Assembly: GCA_000165345.1 (NCBI GenBank)
Contig: CM000432.1
Span: 960,001 to 1,024,000 of the forward strand
Reading direction: 5' to 3'
DNA: 64,000 bases
Shown piece after piece: positions 1 to 12,684 of this stretch. Position 1 is the first letter of the stretch, and each line of letters opens with the position of its first letter. The notes under the pieces are model-generated. The model ran no database searches, was not told where the DNA came from, and saw only the letters and a program-made list of their open reading frames with translations. The position numbers were made by a program, and so were the translations under genes.

Positions 1-597
1 ATCTGAAAAAGAAAAGAAGCTAAAATTTAAAATATTTTAAGCTGCTGAGTAGTTATTATATTCCAAATATTATTGGTAATTTCAAATCAGAGAGATTCCA
101 ATATAATGTATAGGAGCAAAGCTTAAAGAGTGTGTATATATCTTACCACAAATGTAAATACTAGAAACTCTCCATTTTTTTTTTAAATCATTCTCCATTA
201 CATTAATGATTTTTTTTTCTATTCAAAAATATCCCAATAATAATAAGTTAACATCTTTTTTTATACTTTATAGTAATAAACATATGACCAATATTATGGA
301 ATAATAATAAATAAAACTGTTAGATAAAAAAAAAGAAGAAAAGAATCCATAAATCATAATGTAAGTCCAGTTACACCACAGTAATAACAATACCAAGTAG
401 AGATCATTATTTTATGGCTATTTAAACATATGATCCAATATATTTAATAATAATAATAATAATAGTATTAATATATTTATTGAATCAATACCATTCAAAA
501 TAATCTTTTTTTATTTTTTTTTGTTTGGAAATTAAACAATATCTCTAAACGATCCATCTCATATTAATCATTATTAACATTGAATCATAAATGATTC

Positions 598-1611
598 TTA
601 TAAGGCTAAAATATCATGTACAGCAGAAATCTCCTCAATAATAGCAGATTCTTTGATTTTATTAAAATAAGCATCATTTAAAGATACTGATAAGGATCTT
701 TTTTGCTTCAAATGATGATCACGATCATCATTTTTTAATCCAGTATTTACACAAGAATAATGTTCTTGAGATACTTGTACTATTTTACAATCATTGATAA
801 ATTCTCCTCTTCTATTAGGAAAATTAATGTTGTGATTACTATTTCCTACTTCATAAGAAATGATTGAAGAAGTAGAATTAGTTGAGGAGCATACATACAT
901 ACTATTATAATTAGTAGTATGATTTTCATAATCCTTCTTAAATCCAATTTGTTTAAAATATTCAAGAGAAAAAATCGCGCTTTCATCATCAATAACAATT
1001 TCTAATTGATTATCATTTTCATCCTTATCTGAAGGAGTTGTTGTTGATAAAATATCTCGAACAGATTCATGACCATGTATAATAGAATTACGATATTTTG
1101 ATATATATTTGCGTGAATTCCCAAGATCACTTCTACTTCTACCAATATTACAAGTATTGTCATTATTTAAAGTAGAATTTTGATAAGTTGTAAATCTTTC
1201 ATATGCACCAAAACTGTAATCACTCTTATCATCAAAATCAACCAAATTATTGAGATAATTATTGCCATTTAACATATCTCTTAGCACTTTCTTTTTATGT
1301 ATTAATAAAAGTTCAGGTCTCTCAAAGAATAGACTTGAGTTATCATCACATATTGATTGATTATTACTATTTCTACTATTGTTTCCATTAATAGCAATAG
1401 GACCATTATTATTATTTGGAATATTTCCAAAATTTTGAAGAAATGAATCACCATCTAATAAGGTATTTCTTTTATTCTTTCTTCTATCTCCATCCAAATG
1501 ATAATATTCAATAGCTCTCATTAAACTAATAGGAATATATAAAACAGATCCAACCACTCCAACCCCTAAAAAATATACACCAACACAAAAAGCAGATGCT
1601 GGATCAATCAT
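598..1611 (-). CDS. hypothetical single-pass membrane protein, Asn/Ser-rich low complexity
   Basis: 337-aa ORF with ATG at 1609-1611; N-terminal hydrophobic segment (VGVYFLGVGVVGSVLYIPI) then low-complexity sequence; no recognisable domain. Confidence 0.3.
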   Translation of the reverse strand: MIDPASAFCVGVYFLGVGVVGSVLYIPISLMRAIEYYHLDGDRRKNKRNTLLDGDSFLQNFGNIPNNNNGPIAINGNNSRNSNNQSICDDNSSLFFERPELLLIHKKKVLRDMLNGNNYLNNLVDFDDKSDYSFGAYERFTTYQNSTLNNDNTCNIGRSRSDLGNSRKYISKYRNSIIHGHESVRDILSTTTPSDKDENDNQLEIVIDDESAIFSLEYFKQIGFKKDYENHTTNYNSMYVCSSTNSTSSIISYEVGNSNHNINFPNRRGEFINDCKIVQVSQEHYSCVNTGLKNDDRDHHLKQKRSLSVSLNDAYFNKIKESAIIEEISAVHDILAL

Positions 1612-1979
1612 CTTTCAAATAGTATGAGGAATTGAAAATCGATTAAAGTTTAGTTGTTTTGTCAAATATAAAATATTTATATTAAGTCAATACAATTATG
1701 TACCACTTGAAAACTTTAAACGGTGAATTATTTTTTTTTATTATTTTCTCCTTTTTTTACTTTTTCAATTTATTCCTCAAATATTGTATTTATAGGAGTT
1801 AAATATTTCAGCAATTTCCATTCAACAATTCAATATCTGAGTAGATGTGAATATATTAATGAAAGTTTGATGATTTCTTCTTAGTTTCTTTTTCACTTGT
1901 TCTTGCAATATTATCCTAATGTAGTATTGCTCAATAATATTTGATTTTTTTTTTCTATATCAAAAACAAAATATATGTA

Positions 1980-3720
<1,741 letters not shown>

Positions 3721-4042
3721 TGATTAAAATTATTAGGTACATATATATAAAATATTTATGTATATATTTATTGATGTCTATGGAATAGGTGTTTCGACTT
3801 TATATTGTGTGAACCATAATGTTACTCATTACTTTATAAAGTAGTGGTGTGAATATGTTATATGATATTATGTGATATTATACATTGGATTGTTTTAGTT
3901 TTTGTAAAAGAGAATGTGGATTTTGGTATCCCTTGCCTGCTTATTCCCGTTATCTGTTTTCCCATCATCCTCTTGTCGTTGAATTTATTTTAAGCCGTAT
4001 TTCTCTACCAACCAATATACCCTGCGGTTACATCTCACATCT

Positions 4043-4142
4043 NNNNNNNNNNNNNNNNNNNNNNNNNNNNNNNNNNNNNNNNNNNNNNNNNNNNNNNNNN
4101 NNNNNNNNNNNNNNNNNNNNNNNNNNNNNNNNNNNNNNNNNN
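4043..4142. other. assembly gap (100 N) with ambiguous base calls on both sides (to ~4400)
   Basis: run of n characters; X residues in flanking ORF translations. Confidence 0.95.
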
Positions 4143-4427
4143 TATTACTGGTATCAGATAATATAATCCCAGGCGGCTTACATCCTCTACATCATTTACA
4201 GATTTTGTGCTTCTTAGAAGTTGATATGGTTGATTCTACAAATATCACAAGAAATATTTNANCCATTTCATTTGATAAATGATTTAAAGGTATACCAATA
4301 TTTTGAAGATTGTAAACTATATACNTTNCCATATGATTTANCACAGGGATCATCATCAATACTCNTTGATGAATTATATAATATATNNCCATCTNTTCAC
4401 CANAATANTCAGTTAATTGTTTAATGG

Positions 4428-5504
4428 TTAATTTTGTAAATCTTTAATAGATTGTATTTCTGGGAATTTTTCTATTAGACATTTACCTAATTTACCACCT
4501 AAAAATCTTAATTTAAGTATATGAGTATCTTTAATATAAGATTCAAACCATCTATGTAATAATACTGTTTGTCCATTTGGTTTTTTTAATGAAGATATCA
4601 TTTTTGAATAAATCTTATTAATAAAAATACCTGAACTACATGTATAAGTAGTTTCTTCTTGTAATCTTTTTCTTGCTCTATATATAAGTATTGAACCAAA
4701 TATAAGACACATTTCTTGAAAAGTTAAATGATAATAATTTATATTATTATCAATATCTTTTGAATTAAATATATCATAATTTATTATGTTTGACATAATT
4801 TTTTCATCCAATATTTCAGGAAATAAAATTTCAATTATTTTATTAAAATCAAATAAATTATTATTACATGCATTACGTGTCAATAATATATTTGTATTAA
4901 TGGAATTAATACAAATTTCAGATTTTAATTTATCAAAATCAAAATTAGGATGATTATGATTAGATAAATAATTTTTTATAGAATTAAATATTTTTTGAAT
5001 AATATTTGTTAAATCAAAATAAATTTCATCAATTGAAGCAATTTGAGCATTACAAGTTGGTAAGTAACTTTTTAATTTAGTAAAAACCATTTTAGAAGCT
5101 TTTCTAAATATATCCAAAGATAATTTTTGATAAGTCATATTTAAATTATCATCATTAAATAATTCCAAATATTGACCTCTAGCATCTAAAAATACATTTT
5201 GGGGTATAATTATTTCAGGGCATATTGATAATATTTCTTCTTTAGACATTTTTCTATTAACTCCTTTTTCTCTGGATGGATAATTTACTGCTAATACCAC
5301 ATTATTATTTATTACAGCTAATGGTTTATCTCTAGGTATATTATATTCTACATGACATACTTGAGCAAAAAAAGCATCCATATCAATTAATGAAATAATT
5401 CTTGGTACCATTTTTTCATTAAATTTATTAACAAAATCATCAGCAATATCTTTATATGAATAATCTAATTGTTTGGATTTTTTTAATTCATAAAAATTTA
5501 ACAT
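4428..5504 (-). CDS. DNA polymerase eta (Y-family, RAD30/POLH-like), N-terminal catalytic part; 3-prime part lost in ambiguous bases and gap
   Basis: ATG at 5502-5504; translation IISLIDMDAFFAQVCHVEY...KPLAVINNNVVLAVNYPSREKGVNRKM matches the Rad30/Pol eta N-terminus (IAHIDMNAFFAQVEQ, UmuC-type palm domain); the ORF stops at 4428-4430 immediately before n-containing sequence, so the C-terminal half is probably in unresolved exons. Confidence 0.6.
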   Translation of the reverse strand: MLNFYELKKSKQLDYSYKDIADDFVNKFNEKMVPRIISLIDMDAFFAQVCHVEYNIPRDKPLAVINNNVVLAVNYPSREKGVNRKMSKEEILSICPEIIIPQNVFLDARGQYLELFNDDNLNMTYQKLSLDIFRKASKMVFTKLKSYLPTCNAQIASIDEIYFDLTNIIQKIFNSIKNYLSNHNHPNFDFDKLKSEICINSINTNILLTRNACNNNLFDFNKIIEILFPEILDEKIMSNIINYDIFNSKDIDNNINYYHLTFQEMCLIFGSILIYRARKRLQEETTYTCSSGIFINKIYSKMISSLKKPNGQTVLLHRWFESYIKDTHILKLRFLGGKLGKCLIEKFPEIQSIKDLQN

Positions 5505-5719
5505 ATTTTTTTCTATTCCAAATTAATTTTGGTAAGAGTGGATTAAAAATTTCAATATTCGCTTTCATAACTTTTAAGGCAAAGTTTATAAATTTGTTTT
5601 TTTTTTTTTTTTTTTTTTTAACAGAAAAAAAAGGTATCGGGTATCTTTTTTTTTTTTTTAAAAATTACAAATTTTTTTTTTTGCGTAAATTTTTTTTTTT
5701 TTTTCAAATAAAAAAAAAA
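5505..5719. promoter_or_regulatory. short bidirectional promoter between divergent Pol eta and Rrp41 genes, almost entirely homopolymer T/A runs
   Basis: 215 bp between two divergent ATGs; contains T23 and T/A runs of 10-14. Confidence 0.4.
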
Positions 5720-6511
5720 ATGAATGAAATTGTGAATAAACATGGAATACGTCAAGATGGAAGAAAATTAACAGAAATTAGACGAATTAAATGTATAATA
5801 AATGAAGGAAATCAAAGAGGAATTGAAGATGGAAATGTTTATTTTGAACAAGGTCAAAATAAATTAATTGTATCAATTGTAGGTCCGGTACCTATTTCAG
5901 GTAATATAAATTATACAAATAATAATTCAGGAGTTCAAATAAATTGTAATTTTAGAGTATCACCATTCAGTAGTCAAGATAGAAGAAAAAGAGGAAAGAA
6001 TGATCGATTTTGTATTGAAAGTGGATTAATTATTTCAAGAACTTTTTCTTCAGTTATTTGTGATCAATATTCAAAATCTCAAATAATTATTAATATTATA
6101 ATATTAGAAGGAGATGGTAGTGTAAGATCTGCTGCTATTAATGCTACATCAATAGCATTAGCTATTTCTGGTATTTCTATGAAAGATTTAATAGTTTCTG
6201 CTACATGTGGATTATATGGGAAACAAGTACTTTATGACTTAACACAATCTGAAATGGAAAGTCTTAAAGGTACATTATTAATGGCAATTCATAGTACTGA
6301 TAATGATATTGATACAGATACTGAAAATGTTGGTAATGGTAATAGTGATATATCTCCTGTTACAATTGATTTAAATACAAAACTTAAGCCTGAAATGATT
6401 GAATTTTTAATGAATGAGACTTTTTCTGCTTGTAAACAATTTTCTGTTATAATTCGAGATTTTCTTAAAAATTATACTTGTAATAAATACCAAAGTATTT
6501 ATTCAAAATGA
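5720..6511 (+). CDS. exosome complex RNase PH-like subunit Rrp41 (Ski6/EXOSC4)
   Basis: true ATG at 5720 (the track ORF starts at an upstream non-ATG codon); GIRQDGRKLTEIRRIKC...DGNVYFEQGQNKLIVSIVGP...RRKRGKNDRF...ILEGDGSVRSAAINATSIALAISGISMKDL matches Rrp41 (YRVDGRR..ELR, GSAYIEQGNTK, RKRRPHGDRKS, ADGGTYAACVNAATLAL). Confidence 0.7.
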   Translation: MNEIVNKHGIRQDGRKLTEIRRIKCIINEGNQRGIEDGNVYFEQGQNKLIVSIVGPVPISGNINYTNNNSGVQINCNFRVSPFSSQDRRKRGKNDRFCIESGLIISRTFSSVICDQYSKSQIIINIIILEGDGSVRSAAINATSIALAISGISMKDLIVSATCGLYGKQVLYDLTQSEMESLKGTLLMAIHSTDNDIDTDTENVGNGNSDISPVTIDLNTKLKPEMIEFLMNETFSACKQFSVIIRDFLKNYTCNKYQSIYSK

Positions 6512-6734
6512 TCTAATTAAATGGATTTACTAAATAATAATAATAATAATAATAATGATAATTCGACTATAATTACTAGTAATATAATATAAATAAATAA
6601 ATGAAATAATAAATAAAATAGGTAGATAGATAGATAGAAAGATCGAGAGATAGCCTTTTTTAAGCCTGATTTTATTAAATTAACTTTATTATTATTGTAA
6701 ATATAATTACCAGGTATAACTATTACTTTTATTT

Positions 6735-7118
6735 TTATTTTGACTTTCCACATTTATTATTACAGCTACTACTAGAATCGCTTTCACTATCAGAATCGCT
6801 TTCACTATCAGAATCGCTTTCACTACTTGAAGATTCACCAAAATTTCTCTTTTTATGGAAAATACAACATTTTTTTGATTTTTTCTTGTTCATCATTTCA
6901 TTATCTATAGCCGATTCGTCCCATGTTACACTATTTGTAGATTTACGATGTATTTTCTTATAGTCTAAATCATTATTAATATTCGAATCTTGAATAATTT
7001 CTTCTTTATCTTCAATTTTACTATTATTATTAGTATTATCGGAAGAATTGTTCAATTTGTCATTATCTTCTACCTTTAAAATAGTCAAAGTATTTGTTTT
7101 ATATATTGTTTGACTCAT
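6735..7118 (-). CDS. protein phosphatase 1 regulatory subunit Ypi1/PPP1R11 (inhibitor-3) homolog
   Basis: VTWDESAIDNEMMNKKKSKKCCIFHKKRNFGESSSSESDSD matches the conserved PPP1R11 core ([42 protein letters not shown]); acidic Ser/Asp tail is encoded by an 18-bp x3 tandem repeat at ~6771-6830. Confidence 0.65.
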   Translation of the reverse strand: MSQTIYKTNTLTILKVEDNDKLNNSSDNTNNNSKIEDKEEIIQDSNINNDLDYKKIHRKSTNSVTWDESAIDNEMMNKKKSKKCCIFHKKRNFGESSSSESDSDSESDSDSESDSSSSCNNKCGKSK

Positions 7119-7716
7119 TTCTTTAAAATTAGATTTTCTGTCAATTCTGACTTTTTATGTACAATTATATCTCAAATTATTACATTAATTCTTTAAAAAA
7201 TGTTTATTATTATTTAATAATTGATTTTGTTTTTTTAATTTAAATAATAAAAATATAATTTACACGTAATTATTAAACTCTTTAATTTTTTTTTTAGTTT
7301 CAAAATCTTCCTTATAGCCCACCAAATTTGTTTTCTTGATACTTTATAAGTTACTGGAGACAATAGTTAATAATTTATTGAAAATTTTCTTTTTGATTAG
7401 AATAAGAATTTATATATACGTACGTGTTTTTACGCACGAATAAGTATTGAAACGACTTATATAAATGAACAAATTATTATTAAAATTCTTGAAATATAAC
7501 TGTAAACATAAATAAATAAATATTAATTATCTGTATTTGCATTTTATTGTTTTTCTTTCTTATTTTCTTTATTAATTTACTTTGATTTACCATCCACTTA
7601 TAATATTATTCACATGTTGCGCCAACATGTTTTTTTCTTTAACTTTATTTGTAAAGTAATTACGATGATCAATATAGGGGAAACACAGATTTCTTCTTGT
7701 TATTATATTACTATAT

Positions 7717-7843
<127 letters not shown>

Positions 7844-8087
7844 AACAGAGTGAAGAAAATAGAATAATAAATAAAAATGAATCAATACATAACAAACTTT
7901 TTATTAAATTAATTCTATTAGACTTTTATTTATTAAGAAACAGCAACAAAAAAACAAATTATCCTTAAGATATAAATATATGTAATAAAATTTTGTCAAG
8001 TAGTACTCTCATTTTTTTTTTTTTAACTAATTTAATATTATTTCTTGTGTGTGCACCAACTAATAATTATAACTTAAATTCAACAAA

Positions 8088-8113
8088 TTTCCCGCCAACA
8101 AGCGCCAACAAAG
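8088..8113. promoter_or_regulatory. GC-island motif pair TTTCCCGCCAACAAGCGCCAACAAAG, about 800 bp upstream of RPN2
   Basis: CCCGCC and GCGCCAA copies of the recurrent intergenic motif; a second near-palindromic copy ACATGTTGCGCCAACATGT lies at 7611-7630. Confidence 0.35.
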
Positions 8114-8902
8114 AGGGGTATCACAAATAAATAATATAATGTACATATATTTATATGTAAATGAGAGCTGAAAGTGAAGAAGAGGGGGAAAAAAAGTGAG
8201 TATTATAAGATAATAAAGGAAACACAAAGAGTCAATAACAAAATCATTAATTAAAAGAAGAAGATTTTTTATTTTTGGAAAAAGAAGAAAAAATTAATAA
8301 TATAAAAAAAAACCCAAAAGGTTTGTTTTTATTGTAAATCTATTTCTTCTTATATAAATCAATAATTTAATAATATATTATCGAAAAATTAAAGTGGGGG
8401 AGGAGAGTGAGAGAAAATAAAAAGAAGAATAGATAGAGATAGAAAAGAAAGGAAAGAAAAAAAAAACAGGTGAATTTTATCCAAGTTGGATTGTAATGAA
8501 AAGGTTGAAAAATTTTGTATATAATAATATCGTCTATTTATATTAATTTTTTATATAGTTGGTATATGAATATAATATAGTATAAATAAAGACAGCCATT
8601 TATTTATATACATACATTGAATCTAAATAAACCGTTTTTTTTTTTCAGTTTAGTTGAATTTCCAACAATTAATCAATAAGTTATATATATTTAATATATA
8701 AATAATCCAAGTAATCACACACACATATTATCAACAAAGTGGATTGTTTGATATATCTGTTGTATGTGTTAAAAGACAATTAATATTTATAAATTAAAAT
8801 AATAAACAAGTAAGAAACTTAAAGTATTTACAAAGTTCATAAGTAATTATTTGAAGAAGAAAAGAAAGAGAAAAAGGAAAGGAAAGGAAAGAAAAGAGAA
8901 AG

Positions 8903-11900
8903 ATGACACAAGTAATGACTGACTCAGTCTCATTAAATGGTATGGGAAGACTAAGCTCAGTATCAGGCTATGCACTATTACTTGATGATGATTCTGTAGA
9001 GTTAAAAGAATATGCTTTAAGAGAGCTGAATACAGTAGTTGATGGGCATTGGTATGAGATGGCAGAATATTTAGGTTCAATAGAAAGTTGTTTTGAAGAT
9101 GAAATGTTCCCAAATAGAGAACAAGCAGCACTTTTAGCTTCTAAGATATACTTTCATATGGAAGATTATGACGAAGCTTTAAGGTATCTATTAAGTAGTT
9201 ACAGATTATTTGATCCATTAGAAAATAGCTCATTCTCAGAATCAATGGTAGTTAAATGTATTGATGAATTTATTAAAGTATGTAAGACTCATTATAATAA
9301 TATCAATAATAATTCAGATTCTGATACTTATACTGATATAAATATTAATGAACTAGATCCAAGATTAGAAGAAATAGTATCTGATTTAATTTCTAGAAGT
9401 ACTTCCAATGGGAAATTTTTGAATGCAATGGGAATTGTATTAGAAGCAAGAAGAAGTGATTTACTGATAAAAATCTTAAAACAAGTATTAGAAATAATCA
9501 ATATCGAGAATTTGGGTCAATTTTGTGATCAATGTCTAAACTTAATTCGTTACTTAGATTCAAATGATTTTCGTATGAAAAGTTATAAAATACTTATTAA
9601 GTTGATTGAAGATAAAGCTGAGTGTATTGAAGATAGTCCATGCTTAAGAACTTATTGTGAATGTCTTTGTGAAATTAAAGATAGTGAGAAACTTTCTAAT
9701 ATTCTGATAAATCTTGCAAATAATTCAAATAAGAATTTTTCCAAAGCATATTCAATCGCATTTATCATCAAAGATTACGAAAATATTTCTTTATTGAAGG
9801 AAGTAATAAATAAGATTGATCTTTATTTGATTGGTATGATCACAAATTCTTCTAAAGAGGGAGAAGAAGAATGCAAAGATGTGAAAACTGAGAATCAAAA
9901 TCCAAATAATAATGATAATAAACTAGTAAAAGTGAAGAGTATTCTTACAGGAGAAATAGTTTCTGAATTGAATTTACGATTCCTTCATTTAAATAACCAA
10001 CCTGATCTTGGAATATTGGAACACATCAAAAATAACTGTGATCAAAGATCAACAATTTCACATACAGCTCTTGTAATGTCTCATGGTTTAATGCAAGCTG
10101 GCACTACTTGCGATGTATTTCTTAGAAATAACTTAGAATGGCTTGGAAAAGCTACTCATTGGTCAAGATTCTCAACTGCTGCATCATTAGGAGTTATTCA
10201 TATGGGGCATATCAAAGAAGCATTGAAAGTGCTTTCTACTTGCTTGCCAAGTAGTGGAAATACCAACAGTACAAATTCGAATAATAGCGGAAATACTTTA
10301 GGGGGTCAATATAGTGAAGGTGGTTCATTTTTTGCTCTTGGATTAATAAATGCAGGTTACATGGATCAAAAGTCTAGAGAATACCTTTTGGAAAAACTGA
10401 AGAATCCTCAAAGAAATGAAGTTCTTCAACATGGAGCAAGCTTGGGATTAGGATTAATGGGTTTTGGATCATGTGACGCAGAACTATATGATGAATTACG
10501 TAATGTATTATATATGGATAATGCTGTTGCTGGGGAAGCTGCAGCCTATAGTATTGGATTAGTTATGTTTGGATCTGGATGCAAAAAAACAATAGGGGAC
10601 TTACTTTCATATGCAAAAGATACCCAACACGAGAAGATTGTAAGAGCTTGCTCTGTTGCTTTAGGTTTTGTAATGTACTCTCGAGGCGGAGAGGAAGCAG
10701 ATGAGCTTTTTCAACAACTAAACTCTGACAGTGAGCATTTTATTAGATATGGAGCAATGCATGTTCTTGGACTTGCTTACTGTGGAACTGGAAACCAATT
10801 TGCAATGGAGAAGCTACTACAAATAATTGTTTCAGAGCTTTCTGATGATAATAAAAGAGCTGCAGTATTTGCACTAGGTCTGGTTATGTGTAGAAATACT
10901 CAACAAATTCCTCAAGTTTTTTCTTTATTATGCGACAGTTATAACCCACATGTCAGATATGCTGCTGCCCTCACTTTAGGCATTACCTGCTGTGGAATGG
11001 AATCACCCAAAGTCACAGCAATTCTCAAATCCATGACTACTGATTCATCTGATATTGTCAGGCAAGCTGCATATATAGGGCTCGGACTCCTTTTAATGCA
11101 GCAAAACGAATCCTCTAATGACAAACTTTCATGCACACGTCAACAAATGATTAAGGCGGCAACTGATAAGCATGAGCATATAGCCACCAGATTTGGCGCC
11201 ATATTGGGTTTAGGTTTGATGGATTCGGGAGGAAGAAATGTCAAAGCTTCTTTGTTTTCAAGAAATGGAGAGAGTTTACGCCCACAATCAGCGGCAGGTT
11301 TTTCTTTATTTTTCCAGTTTTGGTTTTGGTTTCCTCTGGTACACTGTATTTCTCTATCATATGTCCCAACTTGTATTGTGGGGTTGGATGATCAGTTTAG
11401 GGTACCAAAGAGCTTTAGTATGAAATGTAACTCGTCTAAAGAGAAATTTGATTATCCAAAGTCCTTCTCTCTTGATAAGATTGAAGATAAGAAGGTTGTT
11501 GTCACTGCCGTACTTTCTACTGCTTCTAAGAAGAAATTAAAAAAGCAAAAGGCCACTGGCACCGACACAACAAATGATAATAAAGATAGCAATAGCTCCT
11601 CTTCTCCATTATCTACTTCAAAACAGGTAGTTGAGGAAGAGAAAAGTAGTAATGAAACTGGAAATAATTTGAAAGATGGAGCAGACACCGAGATGAATAT
11701 TGATGAAAAGATAGAAAAAGAAGAGGTTGAGATGACCTTAGATACAGATGATTCAAGAAATAAGAATGATTTTGATAAAGAATCGAGCTCTTTTGTACTA
11801 AACAATCCATTTAGAGTAATAAAACCACAAGAACAATTTTTGGAGTTGATTCCCAACTCTAGGTACTCACCTGTTCTTCCTTTACAAAAGTCTGGATTTA

Positions 11901-12130
11901 TCATACTAAATGATAATACGCCATTGGAACAAGAAGAGTATGTCTTTACTGTTGGACAAGATACCAATAAAGATAATAGTGCTACTTCCGAAGTGAAGAA
12001 TGAAACTACAAAAGAGGAAGAAGAATCCAAAGAAAAGAAGGAAAATAATGAGGATGAGAGAATGTCCGACAATGATAATGGAAAATCGGAAGAAATGGTT
12101 CCCCCTGAAACATTTGAATGGCAGGGATAA
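8903..12130 (+). CDS. 26S proteasome regulatory subunit Rpn2 (PSMD1), intronless
   Basis: 1075-aa ORF; N-terminus [54 protein letters not shown] matches Rpn2/PSMD1; central PC repeats ([26 protein letters not shown]); C-terminus [30 protein letters not shown] matches PSMD1 [26 protein letters not shown]; GAGA-like tract agaaaagaaagagaaaaaggaaaggaaaggaaag lies directly 5-prime of the ATG. Confidence 0.85.
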   Translation: [1075 protein letters not shown]

Positions 12131-12398
12131 TATAAGACAAGACGATACAAATTTATTTTCTTCAAGAACCTTTTTTCCAGCAACCCACTCCTTGTTAAAT
12201 AACATTAGTAGTAATATAGAAATTCTCATAAATTATAGAGGTAATTCATCTACTCTATGATTACATAACTTTTTTCTTCCCTTATAGATTCTTGTTCTTT
12301 CTCAATTAATTATAGTTTATTCCTTTAAAATAGTCAAACTTAATTTATTGCGAATTTATTCCTCTTATTTTACCATGTGGTCATACAGTACCCCTAAA

Positions 12399-12422
12399 TG
12401 CATGCACATTGTGGCGCCAACC
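12399..12422. promoter_or_regulatory. GC island TGCATGCA...TGTGGCGCCAACCACGT downstream of RPN2 and upstream of the 12685 gene
   Basis: TGCATGCA box at 12399-12406 and GGCGCC palindrome core at 12413-12418 within ~90% AT DNA. Confidence 0.4.
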
Positions 12423-12684
12423 ACGTAAGCAGGCGGTAACTGGGGGCTGACTTAAAATAATTAAATGTGACATTTTTAAACTCCAATACTAGGACAAATC
12501 TATTTTCCTGGCTAAATTAAAGCTAACTATTTTCATTTGAAGATTAAGAGTGTGGCAATAATATCTAGGTGGACTTGACTTAATGAAATGAAGAACCTTG
12601 ATTATTTAACTATTAGGCCAGAATCATTTTGAATTTTTTATGTAATATATTACGTGTATAATAAATACAAACTTATTGATTTAA

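Noticed and set aside
6517-6753. 78-aa minus-strand ORF overlapping the 3-prime end of Rrp41 and the end of Ypi1
   Set aside because: It lies in the spacer and gene ends. The translation is hydrophobic low complexity (LLLLLL, IYIILLVII) from (AAT/ATT)n DNA, with no support.
10939-12229. ORFs antisense to the RPN2 C-terminus (10939-11136, 11452-12183, 11613-11810, 11906-12229, 12000-12260)
   Set aside because: They overlap a strongly homology-supported sense gene. Their translations are Ser/Phe/Leu low complexity typical of antisense reading of GAA/AAG-rich coding DNA.
12395-12450. GC-rich 55-bp block as a tRNA or snRNA gene
   Set aside because: It has no tRNA T-arm (GTTCGA) or anticodon-stem geometry and no U-snRNA consensus. 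It is better explained by the recurrent GGCGCC/TGCATGCA regulatory motif family.
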